NCBI GenBank assembly: GCA_036388535.1
Contig: DASVRQ010000051.1
Location: forward strand, 784 to 64,783
Reading direction: 5' to 3'
Source: Flavobacterium sp.
GTDB taxonomy: Bacteria; Bacteroidota; Bacteroidia; Flavobacteriales; Flavobacteriaceae
DNA length: 64,000 nucleotides
This document shows positions 47,990 through 57,050 of the stretch, in pieces. Each line of letters starts with the position of its first letter. The first letter of the stretch is position 1. The notes under the pieces are model-generated. The model saw nothing but the letters and a program-made list of their open reading frames with translations. It was not told the DNA's origin and did no database searches. Both the position numbers and the translations under genes were made by a program.

Positions 47990-48370
47990 ATGAATATTCC
48001 AGCAAATTTAAAGTACACTAAAGATCACGAATGGGCAAGCCTTGAAGGCGACATCGCTACAATCGGAATTACTGATTTTGCCCAGAAAGAACTTGGCGAC
48101 ATCGTTTATGTCGAAGTGGAAACGCTGGATCAAACGCTTGAGAAAGACGAAGTTTTTGGAACTGTTGAAGCAGTGAAAACGGTTTCTGATCTGTTCTTGC
48201 CCGTTGCTGGTGAAGTTGTTGAATTCAACGAAGCTTTGGAACGAACGCCTGAAACAGTAAATTCGGATCCTTACGGTGCAGGATGGATGGTTAAAGTACG
48301 TCTTTCTGATGTAGCCGATTTCGAAACATTGCTTTCTGCCGACGAATATAAAGCACTGATTGGTGCCTAA
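47990..48370 (+). CDS. gcvH: Glycine cleavage system H protein
   Basis: [23 protein letters not shown], lipoyl-Lys motif [19 protein letters not shown]. Confidence 0.98.
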   Translation: MNIPANLKYTKDHEWASLEGDIATIGITDFAQKELGDIVYVEVETLDQTLEKDEVFGTVEAVKTVSDLFLPVAGEVVEFNEALERTPETVNSDPYGAGWMVKVRLSDVADFETLLSADEYKALIGA

Positions 48371-48749
48371 AAGAAGGTGGCTGTTTGCGGCAAGTGCGTG
48401 GACTGTCTTCGTAGTGTTGCTTTGTCTTGTGAGTTTCGGCAGTCTTCCCGGAGTAGAAGTCCCAAGTGCTGATAAATATGTTCACGTGATTTTCCATTTT
48501 ATATTTACTGTTCTGTGGTTTCTGCACTTCAGAAGCAAGAACCGGAAAGTTTCAGCAGTGGTTTTAGCCGTACTGATGGTCTTGTTCTCGATCGTTTTCG
48601 GAGCATTTTTAGAACTTGCACAAAAATGGCTTACAATCTCTCGGCATGCTGATGTTTATGATATTTTGGCGAATTCCACGGGAGCGATCTTAGGAGCTTT
48701 TGCGGTTTGCATCTATGATATCCTGCTTCAGAAAGGAGTATTCAAATAA
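48360..48749 (+). CDS. VanZ-family membrane protein
   Basis: [24 protein letters not shown]; start could be GTG 48363. Confidence 0.88.
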   Translation: MVPKRRWLFAASAWTVFVVLLCLVSFGSLPGVEVPSADKYVHVIFHFIFTVLWFLHFRSKNRKVSAVVLAVLMVLFSIVFGAFLELAQKWLTISRHADVYDILANSTGAILGAFAVCIYDILLQKGVFK

Positions 48750-48763
48750 AAAATCAGAATTAA

Positions 48764-48788
48764 GTCCCGCATCAGTGGGATTTTTTTA
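48764..48788 (+). terminator. Probable intrinsic terminator after vanZ
   Basis: AAGTCCCGC-ATCA-GTGGGATTTTTTT. Confidence 0.6.
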
Positions 48789-48798
48789 TTTTTATGCA

Positions 48799-49542
48799 AT
48801 GGATATCAGACAATATTTAGATTCTACTTATCTCAAAACTGCAGAACAAGCCAATCTTTCCGTGGAAGAAAATAGTGCAGTTGCAAAGAAATTTATTCAG
48901 GAAGCAATTGACGAGCATTTTAAACTGATCATGATCAGGCCCGATATTGTTTCGATTGCGAAGGAAATGGTCGTAGATGCAGGTTCGCAACTCGCAATAG
49001 GAACAGTGATCGATTTTCCGGATGGTACTTCGCCAATTGAAAGTAAGTTAGCTGAAGCGCAAACTGCGGTTAATGATGGTGCCGACGAACTCGACTTTGT
49101 TTGCAACTATCGAGCGTTCAAAAGTGGTGACACCGATTTGGTACGGGATGAAATACTGCAAGGAACTACTTTCGGCCTGTCTCATAACAAGATTGTCAAG
49201 TGGATCATTGAAACTGCCGCACTCGACAACCTTCAAATTGCCCAACTTTCATCGCTGATCAAAAATATAGTGTTATCAAATTTTAAAGAAGAACAGTATT
49301 CATCGGTTTTTGTAAAGTCGTCAACAGGTTTTTATCAAACTGACAACAACGATCCAAATGGCGCGACTATTCCGGCCATTGTAATGATGCTCGAAAATGC
49401 GTCGCCCTTATCTGTAAAAGCGTCAGGCGGAGTGCGTACTTTTGAAGACGCTGTCGAAATGATAAACCTTGGCGTAAAACGTATCGGAACTTCAGCAGCG
49501 AAAGCAATTGCCGACAAACAGGAGTCAACCGGCGGATACTAA
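48799..49542 (+). CDS. deoC: Deoxyribose-phosphate aldolase
   Basis: TVIDFPDG, GADELDFV, VKWIIET, Schiff-base Lys in FVKSSTGF, VKASGGVR, RIGTS. Start moved to ATG 48799. Confidence 0.9.
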   Translation: MDIRQYLDSTYLKTAEQANLSVEENSAVAKKFIQEAIDEHFKLIMIRPDIVSIAKEMVVDAGSQLAIGTVIDFPDGTSPIESKLAEAQTAVNDGADELDFVCNYRAFKSGDTDLVRDEILQGTTFGLSHNKIVKWIIETAALDNLQIAQLSSLIKNIVLSNFKEEQYSSVFVKSSTGFYQTDNNDPNGATIPAIVMMLENASPLSVKASGGVRTFEDAVEMINLGVKRIGTSAAKAIADKQESTGGY

Positions 49543-49554
49543 CAAAATCAATAA

Positions 49555-51663
49555 ATGAAAAAATATTTCTGCGTTGTACTTTTACTGTTTGCCCTTGGTT
49601 CCATACGGGCGCAAACGAACTCACTCGAGCGTTTTCCGATCTTCCCGACGTGCGAGTCTTTGCCGGCGAATGAGCATGAGGCCTGTTTTTACTATAATGT
49701 TCAGGATTTTCTTTACCAAAATTTTAAAGTTCCGGGTTCGGTTGCTGCCGATTTCCAAGGCGAAGTTATAGTGCTTTTTGAGGTTAATGTTGAAGGAAAT
49801 TTTAATGTCTTATATGTTGATGCTGCCGATGCCGCGTTGATAGCAGAAAGCAGAAGGGTTTTTAGCGTCATGCCGAAGGTTAAACCTGCAACTTATAATG
49901 GAAACCCGACATACGCGAAATATACCATTAAATTTGCTGTTCCGTTGCAGACACCTGCGCAAGTTCAGGCAAAAGCCGATCAGCAAAAGCTGCAAACATC
50001 TACTGAGTTAAAGATTGACAGAAGCCGCGAGCTTGCTGAATACGACAGCATTGTGTACAAAAGATTTGATAATCCGCAGTTAAGAAGCCATCTCAACATT
50101 CCGTTTTCACACAGCTATTACTCGCAGTTCGATGATGAGCTGAATCAGGTTGGCGCAAACAACCACACAGTTTCAAAACCTTTTACATATGCGGAAGTTT
50201 CAAAATATTACGACTTGGCTGCTGCCAATGAAAAGCTGATGAAACAGGATGCAGGTTGGTGGAGACGAAAAATCTTTAACGAGAACTTCGTGCAGGTTCA
50301 AGGTGAAGGCTACTGGTTCACAGTCAACCCCATTTTAGATCTGCAATTCGGAAAAAGCGAGCCCGGAAAAGTGAAATATACGTACGTAAACACGCGCGGA
50401 ATCCGATTTGAAGGTGGTTTGGGCCAGCAAATTAATTTTACTTCGACAATTTTTGAAAGTCAGGGACGCTTTGCAGATTACTTTAACCGATTAGCCGATT
50501 CACTTGCGCCAGCTGGCGGAAATCCCGCGATCATTCCCGGAATGGGAATCGCAAAAAGATTCAAGGAAGATTCCTATGATTTTCCGCTTGCGGAAGCCAA
50601 TCTTGCCTATACGCCAAGCAGGTTCTTCAACCTTAATCTTGGTTATGGCAGAAACTTTATTGGTGACGGTTACCGGTCGTTGCTGCTCAGCGATGGCGCG
50701 AGCCCATATCCTTATGTGAAGATCAATACGAGCTTTTGGAAAATAAAATACACAAATATTTATACCTGGCTTAAAGATGTACGTCCCGAGGTTACTATTG
50801 ACCGAACGTATGCTACTAAATTCATGGCAAGCCACTTCTTAAGCTGGAACATGACTAAAAGGCTCAATGTTGGGTTCTTTGAATCGGTTGTGTGGACAAA
50901 CCAAAATGACCGCGGATTTGACATGAGCTTCGTAAATCCGATCATATTTTATCGTTCTGTTGAATTTGCGTCGTCGTCTCGAAGTGGAAATGCGCTTTTG
51001 GGATTGACTGCAAAATATAAATGGAGCAACCAGATCAACATGTACGGGCAGTTTTTGCTTGATGAGTTTTCGCTGGCCGACATGAAAGCGGGCGAGAAGA
51101 GTTGGAAGAACAAGTACGGATACCAACTTGGGGCGAAGTACTTCAACGCATTCAATATCGACAATTTATTGCTTCAGGTTGAATACAACAACGTGCGGCC
51201 TTATGTCTATGCCCACAGTAATCCGCTTACGAACTACGGGCACAACAATCAAAGCCTCGGCCATCAATGGGGCGGAAACTTCAGGGAATTTATTGCGATT
51301 GCGAGATATCACAGCGGACGCTACTTTGCGGATGCGAAGTTTACGATCGGGAAGCGCGGTCTCGAATACAATGATGAGACAGATCAGTTTAATTACGGCT
51401 CTGACATCTATAAAGATTATGAGGAAAACCGGCCGTTTGAAACCAATGTCGTGATCGGACAGGGTAACACAACCAATATCTTTATTGCCGATCTGCAAGC
51501 CGGATATTTAGTGAACCCGGCGACAAACCTGAAGCTCTTCGGAAGCGTGATTTACAGGAATTTTGATCCGATGGACCAGACGGTCTCTACATTTAAAGAA
51601 TCTACAACCTGGTATTCTATTGGCTTGAGAGCTGATATCTTTAATTGGTATTTCGATTACTAA
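49555..51663 (+). CDS. remB: RemB-like outer-membrane protein with an N-terminal TonB-C-like domain
   Basis: Signal peptide, TonB-C-like segment, then beta-strand-rich region ending WYFDY; location between deoC and cyoE as recalled for flavobacteria. Confidence 0.75.
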   Translation: MKKYFCVVLLLFALGSIRAQTNSLERFPIFPTCESLPANEHEACFYYNVQDFLYQNFKVPGSVAADFQGEVIVLFEVNVEGNFNVLYVDAADAALIAESRRVFSVMPKVKPATYNGNPTYAKYTIKFAVPLQTPAQVQAKADQQKLQTSTELKIDRSRELAEYDSIVYKRFDNPQLRSHLNIPFSHSYYSQFDDELNQVGANNHTVSKPFTYAEVSKYYDLAAANEKLMKQDAGWWRRKIFNENFVQVQGEGYWFTVNPILDLQFGKSEPGKVKYTYVNTRGIRFEGGLGQQINFTSTIFESQGRFADYFNRLADSLAPAGGNPAIIPGMGIAKRFKEDSYDFPLAEANLAYTPSRFFNLNLGYGRNFIGDGYRSLLLSDGASPYPYVKINTSFWKIKYTNIYTWLKDVRPEVTIDRTYATKFMASHFLSWNMTKRLNVGFFESVVWTNQNDRGFDMSFVNPIIFYRSVEFASSSRSGNALLGLTAKYKWSNQINMYGQFLLDEFSLADMKAGEKSWKNKYGYQLGAKYFNAFNIDNLLLQVEYNNVRPYVYAHSNPLTNYGHNNQSLGHQWGGNFREFIAIARYHSGRYFADAKFTIGKRGLEYNDETDQFNYGSDIYKDYEENRPFETNVVIGQGNTTNIFIADLQAGYLVNPATNLKLFGSVIYRNFDPMDQTVSTFKESTTWYSIGLRADIFNWYFDY

Positions 51664-51690
51664 ATTAATTTTGCTTTAAAAACAATGCCC

Positions 51691-51789
51691 TAGCCCTGAT
51701 CATAGCGGACATCCTTTTGTGGCGTATAATTTTGATGATAGCGATAAATTTGATCCACAAAAGATAACGCGAAGAGCAGGATTAGCTCC
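51691..51789 (-). repeat. Structured intergenic element, copy 2 (Flavo-1-like / REP-like)
   Basis: Minus strand GGAGCTAATCCTGCTCTTCGCGTTATCTTTTGTGG...CCACAAAAGGATGTCCGCTATGATCAGGGCTA; same ends as 22032..22125. Confidence 0.72.
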
Positions 51790-51837
51790 TGAAGAAAAAC
51801 ATCGGTTCTAAAATCGTCCTTTTTTTATGACCGGATT

Positions 51838-51869
51838 TTTGCCGGATTGCTTTGTAAAAAGTACCTTTG
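51838..51869 (+). promoter_or_regulatory. Bacteroidota -33/-7 promoter of the cyoE operon
   Basis: TTTG-N20-TACCTTTG. Confidence 0.75.
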
Positions 51870-51889
51870 CGCACCCATAATACACATTA

Positions 51890-52804
51890 ATGGACGACGT
51901 ATTGGACGCAACCGCAAAGACTTTTTCAATCAAGGCTATTTTTACCGATTTTAAGGAAATCACGAAGGCGGGACTTGCCGTGAGCGTTCTGTTTTCTTCG
52001 ATCGCCGGATATTTGCTTGGTTTTGATGAGTTCCATCCGTTTAGCTGGTCGGTTTTGATCATGCTGATGATTGGCGGATATTGTATGGTTGGTGCTTCGA
52101 ACGCGTTTAACCAAATAATCGAGCGCGATCTTGATGCTTTGATGGATCGCACTAAAAACCGTCCGATTCCGTCAGGAAGAATGACTCCGAATACAGCATT
52201 ACTGGTTGCGATCTTGCTTACAGTTATTGGGATTGTGCTCTTGTACATGATCAATCCGAAGACAGCAATGTTCGGGGCGATTTCAATATTTCTTTACACA
52301 AGTGTTTATACGCCGCTCAAAACCCTGACGCCGCTTTCGGTTTTCGTCGGAGCATTTCCGGGTGCGATCCCGTTTATGCTTGGATGGGTTGCCGCGACAG
52401 ATGATTTCGGAATTGAAGCGGGCACGTTGTTCTTGATTCAGTTTTTCTGGCAATTTCCGCACTTCTGGGCAATCGGCTGGTTTTTGTATGAAGATTATGA
52501 GAAAGGTGGATTTTTCATGCTTCCGACAGGAAAGAAAGACAATTCTACCGCGTTGCAAATAATCTTATATACTGTTTGGCTTGTAATGGCTTCGCTGTTA
52601 CCTGCGTTGGGATATACGGGAAGGTTCTACATCACGCCTGTTTCGGCTGCAATTGTAGGATTGCTCGGACTCTGGATGTTGTTTTATGCGGTAAAACTTT
52701 ACAAATTACGAACTGCCAAAGCGGCAAAAGCACTGATGCTGGCAAGCGTTTCCTATATTACGCTGCTGCAGATAATATATATCGTTGATAAATTTTTAAG
52801 ATAA
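51890..52804 (+). CDS. cyoE: Protoheme IX farnesyltransferase (heme O synthase)
   Basis: DLDALMDRTKNRPIPSG, YTPLK, FFWQFPHFWAI. Confidence 0.97.
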   Translation: MDDVLDATAKTFSIKAIFTDFKEITKAGLAVSVLFSSIAGYLLGFDEFHPFSWSVLIMLMIGGYCMVGASNAFNQIIERDLDALMDRTKNRPIPSGRMTPNTALLVAILLTVIGIVLLYMINPKTAMFGAISIFLYTSVYTPLKTLTPLSVFVGAFPGAIPFMLGWVAATDDFGIEAGTLFLIQFFWQFPHFWAIGWFLYEDYEKGGFFMLPTGKKDNSTALQIILYTVWLVMASLLPALGYTGRFYITPVSAAIVGLLGLWMLFYAVKLYKLRTAKAAKALMLASVSYITLLQIIYIVDKFLR

Positions 52805-52806
52805 TT

Positions 52807-53391
52807 ATGGAAGCAATGACTCCGCAGGAACACCAGGAACGGACGGCGAGATCGTATAAATTGATGTTGTGGTTCGCAATGATCAGCATGACGATGATGT
52901 TCGCCGGACTGACCAGCGCATTTGTCGTCAGTAAATCGCGTGCCGACTGGTTGAAGGATTTTGAAATTCCGCCTGCGTTTTTCGCAAGTACATTCACGAT
53001 TTTACTTTGCAGCCTTACGATTCACCTGGCAAAGAAAGCGATCCAAAAAGACAATAGGAGTTCTGCTTCAACTTTTCTTTTGCTAACTTTAGGATTGGGA
53101 TTCGCGTTTGTGATTCTGCAGTTTGTCGGGTTTGGACAAGTGATTGAACAGGGCCACTTTTTCACCGGCAGCGAGAGTAACATCACGACAACCTTTCTTT
53201 ATGTAATGGCAATTGTCCACCTTGCGCATCTTGCTGGCGGATTAATTTCGCTTATAGTGATAATTTATAATCATTTTAAACAAAAATACAATTCAGGACA
53301 ATCGCTTGGAATTGAGCTAGGTGCGATGTACTGGCATTTCCTTGATTTTCTGTGGCTGTATTTGTTTTTATTTTTATATTTCTTTAAATAA
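52807..53391 (+). CDS. ctaE: Cytochrome c oxidase subunit III, short paralogue
   Basis: MMFAGLTSAF, HLAHLAGG, YWHFLDFLW. Confidence 0.88.
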   Translation: MEAMTPQEHQERTARSYKLMLWFAMISMTMMFAGLTSAFVVSKSRADWLKDFEIPPAFFASTFTILLCSLTIHLAKKAIQKDNRSSASTFLLLTLGLGFAFVILQFVGFGQVIEQGHFFTGSESNITTTFLYVMAIVHLAHLAGGLISLIVIIYNHFKQKYNSGQSLGIELGAMYWHFLDFLWLYLFLFLYFFK

Positions 53392-53432
53392 GAAAAAAAC
53401 GTAAATTTGGGAACTTTTTAACGGATAACTAT

Positions 53433-54482
53433 ATGGAATCAAGTGTTACTACTACACATAGTCAGGATAAAATTTGGAGCGGCGGAAATGAGCCATTAGG
53501 AGCCAATTACGGCAAGCTTATGATGTGGTTTTTCATCGTATCTGATGCCTTGACGTTCTCGGGCTTTCTTGCTTCTTACGGCTTCTCCCGATTCAAATTC
53601 ATCGAAACATGGCCACTGCCGGATGAGGTGTTTACACACTTTCCGTTTATGCATGGTGTCACGGCTCCGATGTATTATGTAGCATTGATGACATTCATCC
53701 TGATCTTCTCATCCGTTACGATGGTACTTGCAGTTGATGCAGGCCACCAAATGAAACAGGCGAAAGTTGCATTTTATATGTTCCTTACCATTATCGGCGG
53801 ATTGATATTCGTTGGTTCACAGGCTTGGGAATGGAAAAACTTCATAAAAGGCGAGTACGGTGCGATCGAAACAAAAGGAGGTAGTTTGCTTCAATTCGTC
53901 GACAATACGGGCAAACGGGTTGCTTTAGCGGATTTTGCTGCCAATCTTCCGGAACCACGTGAACAGCTTGAAAGGAGCAAAGGACGTTGGTTTATGGAAG
54001 AATCGGCTTTGCCAACATATTCTGTTGCTGAAGTACAGGCAGGTTTTGCTGCTCATCCGGAGCTTTTGGTTCGAACTGAAGTTATTTATAAAGATAAAGT
54101 TGAATCGGATGGTAAAGGAGTTTCGCCTAAAGGTGATCCCACGATCAACTATCAACTGACAAAAAACAAGCACAAGACCGTTTTGACACGGGAGGCATCG
54201 CTGGATAGACTTTCACAAGCTCATTATGTTGTTGAAGGAGCAAACCTTGTCCGAAATGAATACGGGAGCAAGCTATTCGCTGATTTCTTTTTCTTTATTA
54301 CCGGTTTCCACGGTTTCCACGTATTTTCGGGAGTCATCATCAACATTATCATTTTCTTCAATATCATTTTAGGAACATATGAGAAAAGAAGAAACTACGA
54401 AATGGTCGAAAAGGTGGGTCTATACTGGCACTTTGTGGATCTTGTTTGGGTATTCGTATTTACGTTCTTCTACTTAGTTTAA
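53433..54482 (+). CDS. ctaE: Cytochrome c oxidase subunit III, paralogue with a large soluble insertion
   Basis: WFFIVSDALTF, TFILIFSS, TGFHGFHV, GLYWHFVDLVWVFVF. Confidence 0.9.
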   Translation: MESSVTTTHSQDKIWSGGNEPLGANYGKLMMWFFIVSDALTFSGFLASYGFSRFKFIETWPLPDEVFTHFPFMHGVTAPMYYVALMTFILIFSSVTMVLAVDAGHQMKQAKVAFYMFLTIIGGLIFVGSQAWEWKNFIKGEYGAIETKGGSLLQFVDNTGKRVALADFAANLPEPREQLERSKGRWFMEESALPTYSVAEVQAGFAAHPELLVRTEVIYKDKVESDGKGVSPKGDPTINYQLTKNKHKTVLTREASLDRLSQAHYVVEGANLVRNEYGSKLFADFFFFITGFHGFHVFSGVIINIIIFFNIILGTYEKRRNYEMVEKVGLYWHFVDLVWVFVFTFFYLV

Positions 54483-54501
54483 TTCAAAAGGCATACTTAT
54501 T

Positions 54502-54852
54502 ATGGCACACGAACACGTTTCCAATACTAAAAGAATATGGCAGGTTTTCATTCTGCTGTCTGTTATAACGACTGTTGAGGTAATTTTGGGTATCATTAAG
54601 CCTGAATTGCTGCACAACACGAATTTCCTGAGCATGAACTTGCTGAACTGGATATTCATCATCCTGACGCTTGTTAAAGCTTATTATATCGTCTGGGCAT
54701 TTATGCACATGGAAGGTGAAAGGGCTAGTTTACGATGGGCTGTGGTATCATCCCTGATTTTCTTGGTTTTGTATTTATTCTTCATCTTATTGGTTGAAGC
54801 CGATTATATTTACGAGGTGTTCAAAAATTCCACAATAAAATGGAATTTTTAA
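54502..54852 (+). CDS. Cytochrome c oxidase subunit IV family protein
   Basis: Three TM helices; LTLVKAYYIVWAFMHM motif. Confidence 0.88.
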   Translation: MAHEHVSNTKRIWQVFILLSVITTVEVILGIIKPELLHNTNFLSMNLLNWIFIILTLVKAYYIVWAFMHMEGERASLRWAVVSSLIFLVLYLFFILLVEADYIYEVFKNSTIKWNF

Positions 54853-54872
54853 CAACATATTAATTCAGAAAG

Positions 54873-54898
54873 AAGGTACGCATTGCGTGCCTTTTTTT
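54873..54898 (+). terminator. Intrinsic terminator after subunit IV
   Basis: AAGGTACGCA-T-TGCGTGCCTTTTTTT. Confidence 0.75.
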
Positions 54899-54928
54899 AT
54901 TTTTGTACCGCAATAAGCAAATGCTGCA

Positions 54929-55573
54929 ATGAAAAAATACCTGGTTCTGTTTGTACTGTTCGTTTTACCAATTGTAGCCTATCTTTTTTTTGCTTCAGGA
55001 GTCAACAGCTTTACTACTTTGCCGGTTGTTACTTCGAAAGTGCCGGATCTCGGCGAATGGGAATCGCTTCGCAACGACCGGGTCACGCTTGACAATAAAA
55101 TTACCGTTCTTGGTTTTGGAGGACATGATCTTCTGAAAAACCGCGGCAACCTTTTCAACCTTAACCAAAAGATCTACCAGCGCTATCATAAGTTTACAGA
55201 TTTACAATTTGTGATCGTTTGTCCTGTCGGGACAGAAAAAGATGCACAGCATATTGTGAAGCAATTTGCAACAATATCAGACGTGGCAAACTGGCACTTT
55301 GTCTTCGCTCCGGATGCAGAAATACAACAGTTCTACGGCGGATTGCAATTAAAAGGCAAGTTGAATCCTGATTTAGGAACTTCAAATGTATACCTGGTCG
55401 ATAAAGCGCGCAACTTACGCGGACGCAACGATCGTGACGACTACAAAGAAGGCTACAACACATTTCATTTGTCCGAACTCAGCAATGAAATGCTTGACGA
55501 CTTCAAGATAATCCTTTACGAGTACCGCGCGGCTCTGAAGAAGAATAACAATGCAACCAAACGTCAGATATAA
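54929..55573 (+). CDS. Membrane-anchored SCO-like protein lacking CxxxC
   Basis: Single N-terminal TM, NWHFV and LVDKARNLRG match the SCO fold layout; only one Cys. Confidence 0.6.
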   Translation: MKKYLVLFVLFVLPIVAYLFFASGVNSFTTLPVVTSKVPDLGEWESLRNDRVTLDNKITVLGFGGHDLLKNRGNLFNLNQKIYQRYHKFTDLQFVIVCPVGTEKDAQHIVKQFATISDVANWHFVFAPDAEIQQFYGGLQLKGKLNPDLGTSNVYLVDKARNLRGRNDRDDYKEGYNTFHLSELSNEMLDDFKIILYEYRAALKKNNNATKRQI

Positions 55574-55574
55574 C

Positions 55575-56258
55575 ATGAAAAGCAAATCGTATATTGGAAT
55601 TTCGCTCGTGATCCTGATTTTTGGAATTTGGGCTGTACCGAAGATAGTTGGCCGCGTAATAGACAAACAGATTGTCGAAGGCGAACGGCTTGATACGATT
55701 TCGAGGTCTGTTTCGCAAGATAACAAGCTTATTATAATTGGCCCTGCGCCGAAGTTCGAACTGACGAACCAAAATAATAAGAAGATCACAAATGAAGATT
55801 ATGCGGGAAAAGTTTATGTACTGGAATTCTTCTTTTCAACATGTCCAAGCATTTGCCCGGTTATGAACAAGAACATGTTACGGTTGGAACAGCAATTTTT
55901 CGGAATCCCGCATTTTGGTATTGCATCAATTACGATCAACCCCGAATTTGACACTCCGAAAGTACTAAAAGAACATGCGGGCTTGCTCGGAGTGAAATCT
56001 GCAAACTGGCATATGTTAACCGGCGACAAGCAATACATTTTTGACCTTGCCAATAAAGGCTTTAATCTTTACGCAGGAGAGAACAGTGAAGTCAACGGCG
56101 GATTTGAACATTCTGGTCTTTTCGCGTTGATCGACAAAAAAGGATATATCCGCTGCAGGAAAGACCAACATGGAAATCCAATCTTATATTACGACGGGCT
56201 CGAAAAAGAGGGCGTCAAAGCAATTCAGCAGGACATTACAATTTTATTGAAGGAATAA
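55575..56258 (+). CDS. SCO1/SenC-family copper chaperone
   Basis: FFFSTCPSICP, WHMLTG, FEHSG. Start moved to ATG 55575. Confidence 0.95.
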   Translation: MKSKSYIGISLVILIFGIWAVPKIVGRVIDKQIVEGERLDTISRSVSQDNKLIIIGPAPKFELTNQNNKKITNEDYAGKVYVLEFFFSTCPSICPVMNKNMLRLEQQFFGIPHFGIASITINPEFDTPKVLKEHAGLLGVKSANWHMLTGDKQYIFDLANKGFNLYAGENSEVNGGFEHSGLFALIDKKGYIRCRKDQHGNPILYYDGLEKEGVKAIQQDITILLKE

Positions 56259-56260
56259 AT

Positions 56261-56806
56261 ATGGAAATCGGTCAGAACACAGTTGAGCAGAAATACAATA
56301 AATGGATCGTCGTCTTGTCAGTAGCCATTCCGCTTGTGGTGGCGCTTCTTTTTGGAGTTAATCTCCGCAAACTTGGATATGATGTACAACCGCTTTCTTT
56401 TCTGCCACCAATTTATGCTACAACAAATGGAATCACAGCAGTAGTTTTGGTTATTGCAGTAGATGCGATCCGCAAAGGGAACAGAAAATTGCACGAGAAT
56501 CTGATGAAGTTCGCAATTGGATTATCGGTCGCATTTCTCGCGATGTACGTGGCGTATCATATGACGTCGAATGAAACTCATTTCGGAGGGGAAGGCATCA
56601 TCAGGTATGTTTACTTTTTTATCCTGATATCTCATATTATCCTTTCAATTGTCATTATTCCTTTGGTCTTGGTTACGTATGTTCGTGCGTTGTCGCAGCA
56701 ATTTGACCGCCATCGAAAAATTGCACGGATTACTTTTCCCATATGGTTGTACGTTGCGGTAACAGGCGTTATAGTTTACCTTATGATCTCGCCATATTAT
56801 GTGTAA
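56261..56806 (+). CDS. DUF420-family membrane protein (CtaM-like oxidase assembly factor)
   Basis: HENLM, FLAMYVAYH, LISHIILS, HRKIARITFPIWLYVAVTG. Confidence 0.9.
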   Translation: MEIGQNTVEQKYNKWIVVLSVAIPLVVALLFGVNLRKLGYDVQPLSFLPPIYATTNGITAVVLVIAVDAIRKGNRKLHENLMKFAIGLSVAFLAMYVAYHMTSNETHFGGEGIIRYVYFFILISHIILSIVIIPLVLVTYVRALSQQFDRHRKIARITFPIWLYVAVTGVIVYLMISPYYV

Positions 56807-57050
56807 AAATTCCAACGTCCAAAATCCAAATTCCAAAATCAGAGCGTTGCTTCTGATTGTGATGGTTTTGGTTTTTTCATTCTCTTCCAACGCACAATGT
56901 GCAATGTGCCGGGCGGCTCTTGAAAGTGAAGGAGATGGCGTTAAAGCGGAAGCCGTTAATGACGGGATCGTTTACCTGATGGTGATTCCGTATATTCTTG
57001 TGGGTTTGATCGGATATGCAATATATCGTTCACGTATAAAAGCGAAGTAG
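56799..57050 (+). CDS. Small exported membrane protein with a CAMC motif
   Basis: Signal-peptide-like region ending SNA, mature QCAMCRAALES, C-terminal TM helix; overlaps the DUF420 stop. Confidence 0.75.
   Translation: MCKNSNVQNPNSKIRALLLIVMVLVFSFSSNAQCAMCRAALESEGDGVKAEAVNDGIVYLMVIPYILVGLIGYAIYRSRIKAK
56807..56841 (+). repeat. AAATTCC-type heptamer array
   Basis: AAATTCC AACGTCC AAAATCC AAATTCC AAAATCA, starting at the base after the DUF420 stop. Confidence 0.75.
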
